From positions 124,001 through 188,000 of the forward strand of contig JBNJNM010000014.1 of NCBI GenBank assembly GCA_052426225.1: DNA of 64,000 nt. The letters are read 5' to 3'. Made by a program: the position numbers and the translations under genes. This DNA is from Zancudomyces culisetae HAW-14-8 (Eukaryota > Fungi > Kickxellomycota). Positions 49,101-61,225 of this stretch are shown here, one piece after another; position 1 is the first letter of the stretch, and every line of letters starts with the position of its first letter. The notes below the pieces were generated by a model. It was not told where the DNA came from, ran no database searches, and saw nothing but the letters and a program-made list of their open reading frames with translations.

Positions 49101-50284
49101 CTATACTCATTTCTGAACATGACGAGGAGTCAGAAAAGTAGTTAGCATCTAAGATAGATTCAAACTCAAAAGTATCAGTAGGATCAAAGTGGGAATCATT
49201 GAGGATGTCTACTTGGTGAGGCTCCTGTTCATCATGGATATGGGTTTCTTGGCTTTGGGTTTGGGTACCTTGGCTGTGGAAATCTTGGACTTTGGTTTCT
49301 TGGACTTTGGTATCTTGACTGTGGTTTCCTTGACTATTGTTTCCTTGACTCTGGTCTTCTTGGACTTGTGGTTTGCTGTGGTTTCCTTGACTATTGTTTC
49401 CTTGACTATTGTTTCCTTGACTATTGTTTCCTTGACTGTGGTTTTCTTGGCTGTGGTTTTCTTGGCTGTGGTTTTCTTGGCTATGGGTTTTAACTGCATG
49501 GCTATGAGTTTCTTGGCTGTGGTCTTCTTGGACTTGTGGTTTGCCGTGGTTTCTTTGACTACTGTTTACTATAGGTAAACCCATTGGTTGATATGATTGT
49601 AGCCCTGGTGGTGTTCCGACTATAGGTCCGGTCTCATAATTGAACTGACGCTTACGTTGTTTAGTACATCTTTTTTTGAAAGTATTCTTTAGAAGTTTAA
49701 TACAATTCTTGTTACAGTAGTCTTTGTCAAACAATATGGAACGGGTTTTCCAATTAATAGCAGGGTCATGAAGTTCTAGCCACGGGAGACCCAAAATCAT
49801 ATCAGCATGATAACAAGTCATAACATCGAATACAGCTAGTTCACAGTGGTTACTTTGAATCTGAATCTTGAGTGGCTTGGTGTGATGGGTAATTGGGCCT
49901 TCGGTCAACGGACTACCATCTATGAACTCAACTGAGACTGGGTCTTTCTTGGCTTGGGTATGAATATGCTTTGAGTCTACAATTTTCTTGTTGATAAACA
50001 TTCCTGAAGCACCTGAATCGATCATGGCCATGATCTTAAAGCTGAGCTTGCTTGGCATGTGGACTGTGACAGGAATCATGAAACGGTGTGGATAGTTAAG
50101 GACGGGGTTAGGAGTTTGTTTTGGAACTGTCATAGACATGGGTTCGGACTTCATGGAAACTGTGGAAGCATCTTGTAGGTTCAGGGTTTGCTTCCGTTCT
50201 GAACCTGAACTTATTGGTTTCCCGGCTTGGGCTTCTTGGATTTTTCTGGGCAATTTTGGGCTTGGTGCTTTTCACCACCACAGT

Positions 50285-50680
50285 TGTAAGGTTTTATTAG
50301 AGTTTATTATAATATATATTTTAAAGACTATTAACTTCCTAAATGAAGAAAATATTTTTCACTGCCTCTTCCAACGACGTTTATGTCGAGGTTTAAATAC
50401 TTGAAGAGACAGGTGAAAAATAAGACAAAATATTTCATGTGCATGAAGTTATTAACATTATGTGATGTTTCTGAATGTTAATCACATCTTGACATTTACA
50501 TAAGTGTTAATCCCGTTGGGAATTTTTCATCTAGACGTTAACGTGATTAATCACGTTAACATGATGCGTTACTAATTTTGTGATTTTAACGTTGCGTGTT
50601 CACGTTACAATTAGTTTATTAATAAATTAATTTATTAATTAAAACTATTTAAGCTAAATTGAAATAACTAATTCATAAGT
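50285..50680 (-). mobile_element. Solo LTR (396 bp) inserted in the element D zinc knuckle
   Basis: TSD ACAGT at 50280-50284 and 50681-50685; removal restores CFYCGGEKHQAQNC; related to the element C LTR. Confidence 0.85.
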
Positions 50681-50970
50681 ACAGTAGAAGCAAAGTTCAA
50701 GTTTCATTCTACGGTCATGTTCAGGTTGGGATACAGTGCGATGAACGCTGTCTACTTGCATGAGTTCTGTGGTTTTCGTGGTGGTTGATATTGATGGTTG
50801 GATTCCTCTGTGTTTCCTGGCTTTCTCTTTCTTCCGTCTGGTGAGTCTGGTGTCAACTGTGATGGCTGCATTGATATACCCTTCTAGGTCTGAAGGTGTC
50901 TGGAACAAGGCAAGGGTATCCAAAATGTTTTCGTTGAGACCTTCTGCGAACTGGGATACGAGCGCGGACT

Positions 50971-53900
50971 TGTTAGAACTAGATTTATTTTATTTAACGA
51001 ACTTGATTTAAGAAATATATTAACTCTATTAAACTAAAGAGAATATTTTTCACTGACCATTTCCACAACGAATTTCGTTGGGTTTATATACTTTTTCTCA
51101 GCGAAAATTTCATGAAAAAAACCAATGTCGCAAGTCCTTGTTTATCGAAGAAAAAATATTTTCTTACTTCGATAAACATTCAAGGAGTTTGACCCTTGAT
51201 TAGTTTCATGATTTTCAATGTTGGGGTTAAGTTCAACATTGTGTTGTTTTGGTTTATGTAAAATAAAAACAGTTACTAAAAATCGAATTGGTAATAAATT
51301 AATTTCATGATTACCTCAATCAATTTATGTAACTTTACTTAAATGGAAATTCAACTTACTAATTTAATTTAACTGAGATAGAAATAAAAAAAATTAAAAG
51401 AAAATTATAGAACTACGTTCTATTCATAACATCATCCTCCTCTTTAAGTTCGAGCTCTGCGAGATGAGTTTGTTTCTGACTGTCTTCATAATCGTTTAAT
51501 AACTCCTGACTGTTTACTAGGTTTTCTTCTGGTTCCCATGTGTTGTCGTTATCATTGAAACCTTTCCACTTGATAAGGTAATACTTGGTTTTTCTTTTGA
51601 TTTTTCTGTCTAGGATATGATCTACTTCCCATTCTTCATTATCATCAACAATGATTGGTTCTGGCGGTCTTTGTGTCTGTCCTGGTATGGTCGGCTTGTA
51701 GTATCTTTCCAATAGGGAGACATGGTATACATTATGAGATTTCATAGTCTCTGGAAGATCTAGTTTGTATGCTACCTGATTAATCTTATCGGATATCCTG
51801 AAAGGCCCTAGCCTTTGGTAGTCCAGTTTGCTTGATGGTCTTGTTGTTTTGATGTTTTTCCTGAGTAACCATACAATGTCGTCAACCTTGAATTCCTGAT
51901 CTTTACGTTTCGTGTTTGAATATTTCTTGGCGGCGTCCTGCGCGTTTTTTAGGTTATCCTTGATTGTTTCCTGAATTTTCTTGATTGTACTTAGTCTCTG
52001 TTCCAGCGAAGGTACATTTGTGCTGAAGTTGTTTAGCTTCAAAAGATCTGCTTTTGGATGGTAGCCTGAGTTAGCATAAAATGGAGTATGCTTGGTGCTA
52101 TTGTTTGTTGAGTTGTTATAGGCAAACTCTGCAAGTGGTAGTAGTTCAGCCCAATTGTCCTGATTATAAGTTGTGTAACATCTTAGATACTGTTCAAGTG
52201 TTTGATTTACGCGTTCAACCTGACCATTTGCTTCTGGGTGGTATGCTGTAGTAAGATTAGATTTGATTCCTAATATTTTTGTCAATGATTGCCAGAATGC
52301 GGATCTGAACTGTGGCCCTCTGTCTGAGGTTATCTCTTCTGGGAGTCCGTGATGTTTAAAGATGTTGTCTAAATATAGCTTGGCAGTCTTTGCGGCATCT
52401 ATGGATTCATTGCAAGCAATGAAGTGTGCTTGTTTAGTTAGTCTACAGACGACAACTAAGATAGAGTCAAAGTTATTTGAGCGTGGGAGTTTGACTATAA
52501 AGTCAATGGATGTAAATTGCCATGGGCGTTCTGGAATTGGTAACGGGGTGAGTAGTCCATAAGGCTTGTGTCTGGAGTGCTTGGTTCTTTGACAGGTATC
52601 ACATCCTTTGATGTAGTTGTTGATATACTGTCTCATTCCTTTCCAGTAGAAGTCTTTGGCAATTAGATTATATGTCTTGAACTGCCCTGGATGTCCAGCG
52701 GTAACTGCATCATGTCTGACCTTTAGAATTTCCAGTTTCTCTGATTCTGACTTGATTTCTCTGATCCGGGCGTTTTGAATTTGGACCTGATTTATCCATA
52801 ATTTGTGCGGGAGAAGTGTGGATTCAAACTTTTGTGGGTTTGCGTAGGGTTCCCCCTCCTTAGAAATCAAGTCGGTCCTCCGACTCAAGGCATCTGCTAC
52901 AGGGTTTAAAGCTCCTGGTCTGTAGCAAAGTTTGAAGTCATACTCAGATAGGGTACCAGCCCATCTGGCATGTCTTTGTTTTAATATGCGTTTTGACCTG
53001 AAAAAGGTTAGGTTCCGATGATCGGAATAAATGGATATAGGGTGAATTGCGCCTGATAGGTAGTGTCTCCAATGCTTGAGTGAGTCAACAATGGCTAAAA
53101 GTTCTTTGTCATGAACGTCGTAGTTCACTTCTGCGTCTACCAGCTTTCTGGAGTAAAATGCTACAGGATGTTGTTTGTCGTTGGATTCTGGATCTGGTTG
53201 TGTCAGAACTGCTCCGATTGCAAAATCTGAAGCGTCGGTCTCTAGAGTGAACGGTAGATTGGGATCGACATGATGTAGTATTGGAGCTGATGTTATCAGG
53301 TTCTTTAGGGTTTTGAAAGCGGTATTGCATTCTCCTGACCATTCAAATTTGATGTCCTTTTTGGTGAGATTAGTAAGTGGTTTTGCTACTTTGGAGTAGC
53401 CCTGATAAATCTTCTGTAAAAGTTTGCAAATCCTAGAAAACTCATGACATCTTTTACATTCTTTGGCGTCTCCCAATCAAGGATACTGATTACTTTGTCT
53501 TTGCTCATAGATATTCCTTTATCAGATACGACAAAGCCTAAGAATTCGACCGATTTCTGATCAAATAGACTTTTCTCGAGTTTGGCGTATAGTCCATGCT
53601 GCCGGAGCCGAACTAGTACGTCTTTGACATGTTTTGTATGGGTATCTTGATCTGGTGAGAAGATTAAAATATCGTCAAGATAAATTATCACCGAGATATC
53701 AAGCATGTCACGAAAAATGTCGTTCATCATGTGTTGGAATATCGCAGGAGCATTAGTAAGACCGAAAGGCATTACTAAGTATTCAAAGTGACCGTATCTA
53801 GACCTGAATGCTGTTTTCCATTCCTCACCTGGCTTCATTCTAACAAGATTGTAGGCTCCCCTGAGATCGATCTTGGTGAATATTCTAGCTGATGATAAGC

Positions 53901-54964
53901 GATCTAGAAGTTCTGTGATAAGTGGAAGCGGATATCTGTTTTTGACTGTGATTTCATTGAGTTCTCGGTAGTCCACACACGGTCTTAGCCCTCCATCTTT
54001 CTTGTTCACAAAAAATATTGGTGCACCTGCAGGTGATTTGCTTGGTCTGATAAAACCCTTTTGTAGGTTTTCTTTGATGTATTCTTCAAGAGCTTTTAGT
54101 TCTGGTCCAGATAGGTTGTAGATTGGTTTGAACGGTGGTATTTTATCTTTATCTTGGAGTGGAATTTCGCAATCATAGGGTCTTAGTTCCAGTAGTGTGT
54201 CCGAGTTTTTTTTTGAAAAAACATCACGATACTCCTTGTACTTAGAGGGTAGGATTAATTCAGGTTCGGGTGTACAGGTTGCTTTAAAGATTTCCTCTAC
54301 CGGTTCAGGTCTTATTAAATGTAGGGTGAGGTTCTCCCAATTGATTTGTGGATTGTTTGTACGTAACCATGATAATCCGAGAATTATAGGGCTGCTGAGA
54401 TTATTAACTAAGTTGAAGCTGATTTTTTCCTGAAAACTATTTATCATTATTGGTAACCTCGTTGTTACATGTGTGATTAATCCTTCACTAGAATTACTAT
54501 TATCTGCTAATAATAATCTGCAAGGATGGGTTTTCCTGATCATTTTGATTTTATTATGTATCGCAAAATCAAGATTAATGAAGTTTCCTGATGCTCCTGA
54601 GTCAATCAGTGCATATGTATGAATATCTTTATTATTGTTTAAACTAATATTAATAAAAAACTTGTTTTTTGAATTATTTAATTTTCTACTTTTTATGGTA
54701 CTATTCTTTATAAATAAACTACTAATAAAATTTGAGGCATTGTAGTTCTTCAATTCCCTCATTCCTGAAGATTCGATTTGTTTTTTGGCTTAAACTTTTC
54801 TGGGATTGGAGAGTCTCGCTGGTCAATGGACTTTTTGAACATTTTCTTGAGTTGTCTGGCCTTCCGAGGACACTCTTTGAGGGAAGATTGGGGTTTGCAC
54901 AGTAAAAACATAACTTGTTGTACTTACGGTGGTCTCTTTCTGATTCTGTAAGTCTTTTGGTTCC
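50971..54964 (-). mobile_element. Element C: Ty3 chromovirus nested in the D gag (3' LTR 50971-51431; 5' end missing); pol frameshifted near 53400
   Basis: DSGASG, YLDDIL, ETDASD, SDRG, EWEVDHILD...YLIKWKGF; PPT AAAGAGGAGGATGA; D gag resumes at ESALVSQF. Confidence 0.92.
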
Positions 54965-55384
54965 TGTCATGATCCATTCATGATAATATTGCTATTTTTT
55001 TTATCATATTAAAAATAGCAAATGTTAATATTATTAACATTTTTTCCGCTTTAATTCTTACTCCATAATCAATAATTCATGGAGTAAGAATTAAATTTAT
55101 TAATAATTTGGTTTTACCCCAAATTATTAAATGTTAACTGTGGAGTTGACAGTTAATTTTATTTAGTTTAAGTTATAGTTTAAGTATAGTTTTAGAATGT
55201 TTACAATTAATTTTGTATATTGTAAAACTATATAAGAACAAGGATTTTATTGCTTTAGGAAACTTTAGCAATAAAATACTTTTCATCTCGTAGTATTTTA
55301 TTAAATAAATCATAGCCAAGTAAACATATAGTACTTAGTGTCAAGTCGTGACATTATTTTATTGCTCTAACACTACCTACTATT

Positions 55385-56272
55385 ATGTCTAAATATCGTG
55401 AATTGTTAGCCGATTATCAAAGGCTTAAAGAAGAAAACGAGCGATTGAAATCCCAACAATCTGCTCCACCAGATCCGCCAGCAGAACAAGAAAAGTCCGC
55501 CCAGGCCGCACCAGTACCAATCCCAGTCCAGCCAGCCGCTGCCCGCATAGCCTTGCCAGAAAGGTATGACGGAGATCGCAGCAACTTCCGTGGTTTTGTA
55601 AACCAATGCCGTCTACTGTTCTTTACCCACCCAGACCACTACCCGTCCGCCACCAACAAGGTTGGTCTTGTTATGTCCCTTCTCACAGGGAATGCGCTCC
55701 GTTGGGCTAGCCCTTACATTGAAAAGGGTAGCCCTGTGCTCCAGGATTACGAACTCTTTATGAAAGAGTTCGCCAAGGTGTTTGATGACCCTCAACGGTC
55801 TCAAACAGCCAATGATGCCATCAGGGCGTTGAAACAGGGCACCTCACCTGTCTCAATGTATGCATCAGAGTTCCGTCGTTTAATGATGTATCTCGACTGG
55901 AACGAGTCAGCTCTCGTATCCCAGTTTGCCGAGGGTCTGAGCGAAGCCTTGCTCGACACCCTTGCGCTATTCCAAACTCCTGATGATTTGGAAGGTTACA
56001 TCAATGCTGCAACCCTCATTGATGCCAGGTTAACCAGGCGCAAGGAAGACAAGGCCAAGAGAAAGAGAGGCATTCAGCCTTATGTTCAGCCCACCAGTTC
56101 TCAGATAGAACCTATGCAGGTGGATTCTGTTCAGCGTGTCTCTCCAACCGAGAGAGAACGTCGAATGAAACTTGGACTCTGCTATTACTGCGGCGGAGAA
56201 GGCCACCAAGTTACCACCTGTCCCGAAAAGCTTAAGAAAACTAAGCAGGGAAACCACCGGGTTCAGGCTTAA
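55385..56272 (+). CDS. Element E Gag
   Basis: LPERYDGDR, LKQGTSPVSMYASEF, CYYCGGEGHQVTTC. Confidence 0.93.
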   Translation: MSKYRELLADYQRLKEENERLKSQQSAPPDPPAEQEKSAQAAPVPIPVQPAAARIALPERYDGDRSNFRGFVNQCRLLFFTHPDHYPSATNKVGLVMSLLTGNALRWASPYIEKGSPVLQDYELFMKEFAKVFDDPQRSQTANDAIRALKQGTSPVSMYASEFRRLMMYLDWNESALVSQFAEGLSEALLDTLALFQTPDDLEGYINAATLIDARLTRRKEDKAKRKRGIQPYVQPTSSQIEPMQVDSVQRVSPTERERRMKLGLCYYCGGEGHQVTTCPEKLKKTKQGNHRVQA

Positions 56273-59200
56273 TTGGGAAGCCAATCCTGAACCAAACCAT
56301 CCCAACCAAAGACTTCCCCCGTTCCAGATTCTTTGTCCATCAAGTCAGCAGTATCCGAGACGTCTACAACCCCCATCGTTTTCTTGTCACTGTTTCTTTA
56401 CTACTCCCAAGTAACGTAAAGTTGCAAATCGTCGCCATGGTAGATTCAGGTGCTTCTGGTTTGTTCATAAACCAAGGTTTTGTATCTAACCATTCCATTC
56501 CATCCATTTCCAAAACAACCCCAATACCTGTGGAGTTTGTAGATGGTACTCCAATGTCTGCTGGTCCAATCACACACCAAACTGTCCCGCTCAAAATCAA
56601 GATTGGAGTTCACCAAGAAGTAGCCACGTTTGAAATCATAAACTCCTACCATGTTGACATGATTTTAGGACTTCCGTGGCTTGAACTCCATGAACCCACT
56701 ATCAATTGGAAGAAGAGATTAATTCATTTTGATAAAGCATATTGCCAAAAACACTGCAATATCAAAAGGTTCTCAACTCAAAGATCCAATCCAACGATTA
56801 TCAAGACTAATACCTCATCCAGGTTTAGACAAGCACCAGGACCAGGACCAGGACCAGGACCAGCACTAATTAGCCAGAATAACCTCAGCCAAGAAACCCA
56901 AAGACAGGAAATTAACAACCAGATAAACCATGTTAAAGATAACCACAGTCAGACTATCCATTGCCAAAGTAACCACAGCCAGGAAAATTTAAACCAGGAG
57001 ACAAACCACAGCCAGGAAAACCATAGCCAGGAAAATACTTTCAATAGCCAGGAAAATACTTACAATAGCCAGGAAAATACTGTCAATAGCCAGGAAAATA
57101 TTAACCATAGCCAGGGAAACTTAAATCAGGATTATCAGAACCAAGTACACAACCAAAAAGTCATTGAGTCAGTTCAGGATCAAGAATCCACCTCATATTC
57201 TGAAAATGATGATAAAATTTCTGATCCAGAATATGAAACAGATTTAGATTATGAACTTGAATCAGTGTATTCGTTGGATTCTGATCTGTACTTCTCACCA
57301 AGTTCCGATATCAGCGACATCTCAATTCAAAGTGCCGACTCTGAAAATAGTATTCAGAGTGCTGATATGGAAACTTTTGAAGAGTTACGCCCGATGACTC
57401 CACCACCAGCTGATCCGGTTGAACCAATTCGCAAACGTTCTTGTGATATCGAGTTTGAACAAAAGATTCCAATCAAAAAGTTAAAACACTCTGTTTATCA
57501 TTTGATAGGCATGATAAACCAAGCCAAACCTCTATCACTACCTCTTGATTCCTTAACTGCTACTATTCCAAGTAAATATCAAGACCTCAGCCAAGCTTTT
57601 GACAAACAAAAGGCCGATACTCTACCTCCTCATCGCTCTTACGACTGCCCAATTGATCTGTTACCCAATGCCGCCTTACCATATGGACCAATTTATCCAC
57701 TTGCACCAAAGGAGCGAATAGCGCTTAAGGAGTACATCGATGAAAACCTTGCAAAAGGTTTCATAGTCCGCTCGAAATCACCTGCTGGAGCCCCTGTATT
57801 CTTCACAGGTAAAAAAGATGGCTCTTTAAGACTAGTTGTGGACTACAGAGCTCTAAACAAAGTCGTCAAACGTAACCGGTATCCTTTACCGTTGATGACT
57901 GAGCTACTGGAACGAGTTCAATCTGCCAAAATCTTCACCAAACTTGATCTGCGTGGCGCGTACAATCTGGTACGCATAAGGAAAGGTGATGAGGAAAAAA
58001 CCGCTTTCAGAACACAGTATGGTCAGTTTGAGTACAAAGTTATGCCATTCGGTCTGGCTAATGCTCCTGGAACCTTTCAATCATTTGTCAATGACGTTTT
58101 TCGTGATATCCTAGACGTCTATGTTGTCATATACCTTGATGACATTCTTGTATTTTCTGCAACATCGGAAGAACATACTATCCATGTTCGTACTGTTTTA
58201 GAAAGACCGATTACTCACAAACTCTACGCCAAACTTGAAAAGTGTGAGTTTGACCAAGAAAGAGTAGAGTTTTTAGGCTTCATAATCACACCTGCAGGCC
58301 TAGTCATGGATCCGTCTCGAGTATCTGCAATATTGGATTGGGATACATCAAAATCAGTCAAGGACATCCAATCCTTCCTTGGATTTGTTAACTTCTATCG
58401 CCGTTTTATCCAAGACTTTTCACGTATTGTAACTCCGATTACCTCCTTACTCAAGAAAAATGCCCAGTTTATCTGGGGCTCAGCACAACAATCTGTTTTT
58501 AAAAATCTCAAGGAACAATGTACCACAGCTCCCGTTCTCTCACATCCTGACCCAGAAACTCAGTTTCTCCTCGAATGTGATGCATCCAACTTTGCTCTAG
58601 GAGCTGTGTTATCTCAGAAAATTAATGGCGAAACTCATCCTGTAGCTTTCTATTCCCGAACGCTGAATCCTGCTGAAAGAAACTACCACATCTATGACAA
58701 GGAACTTCTAGCCATCAAATGTGCCCTCGAGCAGTGGCGACATCATCTAGAAGGTGCCTCTCATCCGGTTTTGGTCATCACCGACCACAAGAATCTTGAG
58801 TATTTCCGCTCCGCCAAGATTCTAAATCAGCGTCAAGCAAGATGGGCCCTGTTCCTAACCCGGTTTGATATCGAGCTTACTTACCGTCCAGGATCACAAA
58901 ACGGTAAAGCAGATGCTCTATCTAGGAAGGATGAGCATAAGGAGGGGGTGAATCTTGAGGATAGACCTATCTGGCAACCCAAGTTTGTAATTGCAGCTAT
59001 TGATACCAGCCAGACTAGTGATATCATTTCTCAAATCAAAGCAATTACTGAATCTGATACTCAAGCTCAAGAACTTCTAAACAACTCAAAAGTCTCCTGT
59101 TCTGATAATATCTTATTGTACAACGATAGGATGTTTGTTCCTGAATCACTGCGTCTTCAAGTTCTTGCCATGTGTCATGACTCACTGCCAGCTGGTCATT

Positions 59201-60452
59201 TTGGTCACGCTAAAACCATGTCCTTGGTTTCACGTCAGTTCTGGTGGCCAAAGATGAAGGCCACAATTAAAGACTACATCGACTCTTGCGATACCTGCAA
59301 TCGAGCAAAACACATCACTACTAAGCCATCGGGACTCTTAATGCCATTGAATACTCCCAATCGTCCTTGGGAATCAGTATCAATGGATTTCATTGTGGAA
59401 CTACCACGTTCACAGGGCAACACTGTTGTACTGGTTGTTGTGGATCGTTTCACCAAGATGGCTCATTTCATTCCACTCAAAAGTACACCATCTGCTTCTG
59501 TTACTGCTTCATGTTTTATGGATCATGTATTTAAACTACATGGACTTCCAAGTAACATTATATCTGATCGTGGTCCACAGTTTGTATCCAAGTTTTGGAC
59601 CGAACTCTCTCGACTTCTAAACATCAAACTTCATCACTCTACTGCATACCACCCACAATCTGATGGTCAGACAGAACGCATCAATCAAATACTTGAACAG
59701 TATTTGAGGTGTTTTGTTAACTATCAACAAGATAATTGGTGTCAGTTGCTTCCAATGGCTGAGTTTGCTTACAACAATGCAACTCACGCTAGTACCAAGG
59801 TTAGACCATTTCATGCTATTATGGGTATGATCCCCAGTTTATTATTAGCAACCTCAATGATTCCAATGTACCAAGTGCTCAGGAGTTTGCTAGTCATCTG
59901 CAAACTATTCAAACTGAGTTAAAACTACACCTAAGTAAGGCCAAGGAGAACTACAAGAGGTTTGCTGATCGCAAAAGAAACCCTCAAGTTACATTTACTG
60001 CTGGTGATAAGGTTTGGTTGTCTCAAACTAATCTTAAAACCATGAGACCATCTCAAAAACTGGATTTCAAATACATCGGACCATTTGAAATCATTGAGAT
60101 GGTTAACCCAGTAGCTGCAAGACTCAAACTTCCTGCAACCATGAGAATACACCCTGTATTTCATGTATCACTCTTGAAACCATACAAGGCCACAGAAACG
60201 TTTAACCGTATTCAAGAACTACCACCTCCACCTGTTATTGTTGATGACCAAGAAGAGTACGAAGTATCTGCTATACTCGACTCTAAAATATCCAAAGGTA
60301 AATTGAAATATCTAATCGACAGGAAAGGATACGCACCTGAGGATAGAACATGGGAAGACGCATCAGATGTCCACGCCCCTGAAATGGTAGCCGACTTCCA
60401 CAACCAATATCCGAATAAGCCAGGTCCTCGAGTAGGCATTAGAGGGGAGTGA
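56248..60452 (+). pseudogene. Element E Pol (PR, long spacer, RT, RH, INT, chromodomain) with one late frameshift
   Basis: The -1 frame is open from GGGAAC-containing slippery site GGGAAAC (56248) into ORF 56422-59922. GPF and the chromodomain lie in ORF 60018-60452. Confidence 0.9.
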
Positions 60453-60841
60453 TGTCATGATCCATTCATGACATTATTGCTATTTATTATAACATATTAA
60501 AAATAGCAAATGTTAATATTATTAAAATTTTCTCCGCTTTAATTCTTACTCCATAATCAATAATTCATGGAGTAAGAATTAAATTTATTAATAATTTGGT
60601 TTTACCCCAAATTATTAAATGTTAACTGTGGAGTTGACAGTTAATTTTATTTAGTTTAAGTTATAGTTTAAGTATAGTTTTAGAATGTTTACAATTAATT
60701 TTGTATATTGTAAAACTATATAAGAACAAGGATTTTATTGCTTTAGGAAACTTTAGCAATAAAATACTTTTCATCTCGTAGTATTTTATTAAATAAATCA
60801 TAGCCAAGTAAACATATAGTACTTAGTGTCAAGTCGTGACA

Positions 60842-61225
60842 GCTTCTGCCTTCAAGTATCGCGTTTTTTATATCCAGTTTACGTTGTTCAGAATCATTTT
60901 TTAAAAAATTAAGCTTTTGATTAGTATATAGTATTATATATTATTATATGTAAAAGTTTAAAACATTATAAATTTGAATTCATAAAGTTATGATAGTTTA
61001 AATATTTTTTTTGAAAAATTACCAAAATTGTCTCATTTTTAAAAATTTTTCTATTTAAAATTTATAATGAATTTTTATCCAATTATTTTACAGTTTATAT
61101 AAAATTAACATATAACATTTGTGCATTTTATAATATAAAAAACATATAATTACTGAGTATTATTGAGCGAGATATTACACTTTGCAAATTATTTTCAATA
61201 TTGTGAGACATTTTGAAACTCACTG
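60842..61225 (-). mobile_element. 5' end of a second Tc1-like transposon, truncated by the element E LTR
   Basis: TA|CAGTGAGTTTCAAAA terminus at 61225 (minus strand); SEQRKLDIKNAILEGRS resembles a Tc1 HTH N-terminus. Confidence 0.6.

Larger units (their letters stand above)
45202..50970 (-). mobile_element. Element D: inactivated Ty3 chromovirus (3' LTR 45202-45625; 5' end missing), same lineage as element E
   Basis: Gag 3' part, PR (DSGAS), RT (YLDD), RH, INT and chromodomain. Nonsense codon at 48580 and frameshift near 47960. PPT AATGAGAGGTGA before TGTCATGA. Confidence 0.92.
54965..60841 (+). mobile_element. Element E: Ty3 chromovirus with two 389-bp LTRs (54965-55353, 60453-60841); pol frameshifted near 59820
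   Basis: TGTCA...TGACA LTRs, PPT AGAGGGGAGTGA, gag, pol and chromodomain. Flanks GTTCC/GCTTC do not match. Confidence 0.95.

Noticed and set aside
49209-49499. Histone H1-like ORF (AKKTTAKKTT...) and the antisense hydrophobic ORF 49189-49578
   Set aside because: Alternative-frame readings of the 15-bp NHSQE repeat inside element D pol
43369-60846. GCTTC as both the TSD at 43369/43513 and the right flank of element E
   Set aside because: Different elements in different contexts; a 5-mer coincidence, and the other TSDs show no consensus
34940-60900. Idea that one Tc1 element was split by 26 kb of nested LTR elements
   Set aside because: The first Tc1 resumes at 35091 with its own N-terminus and TIR; the 60842-61225 piece is a different copy
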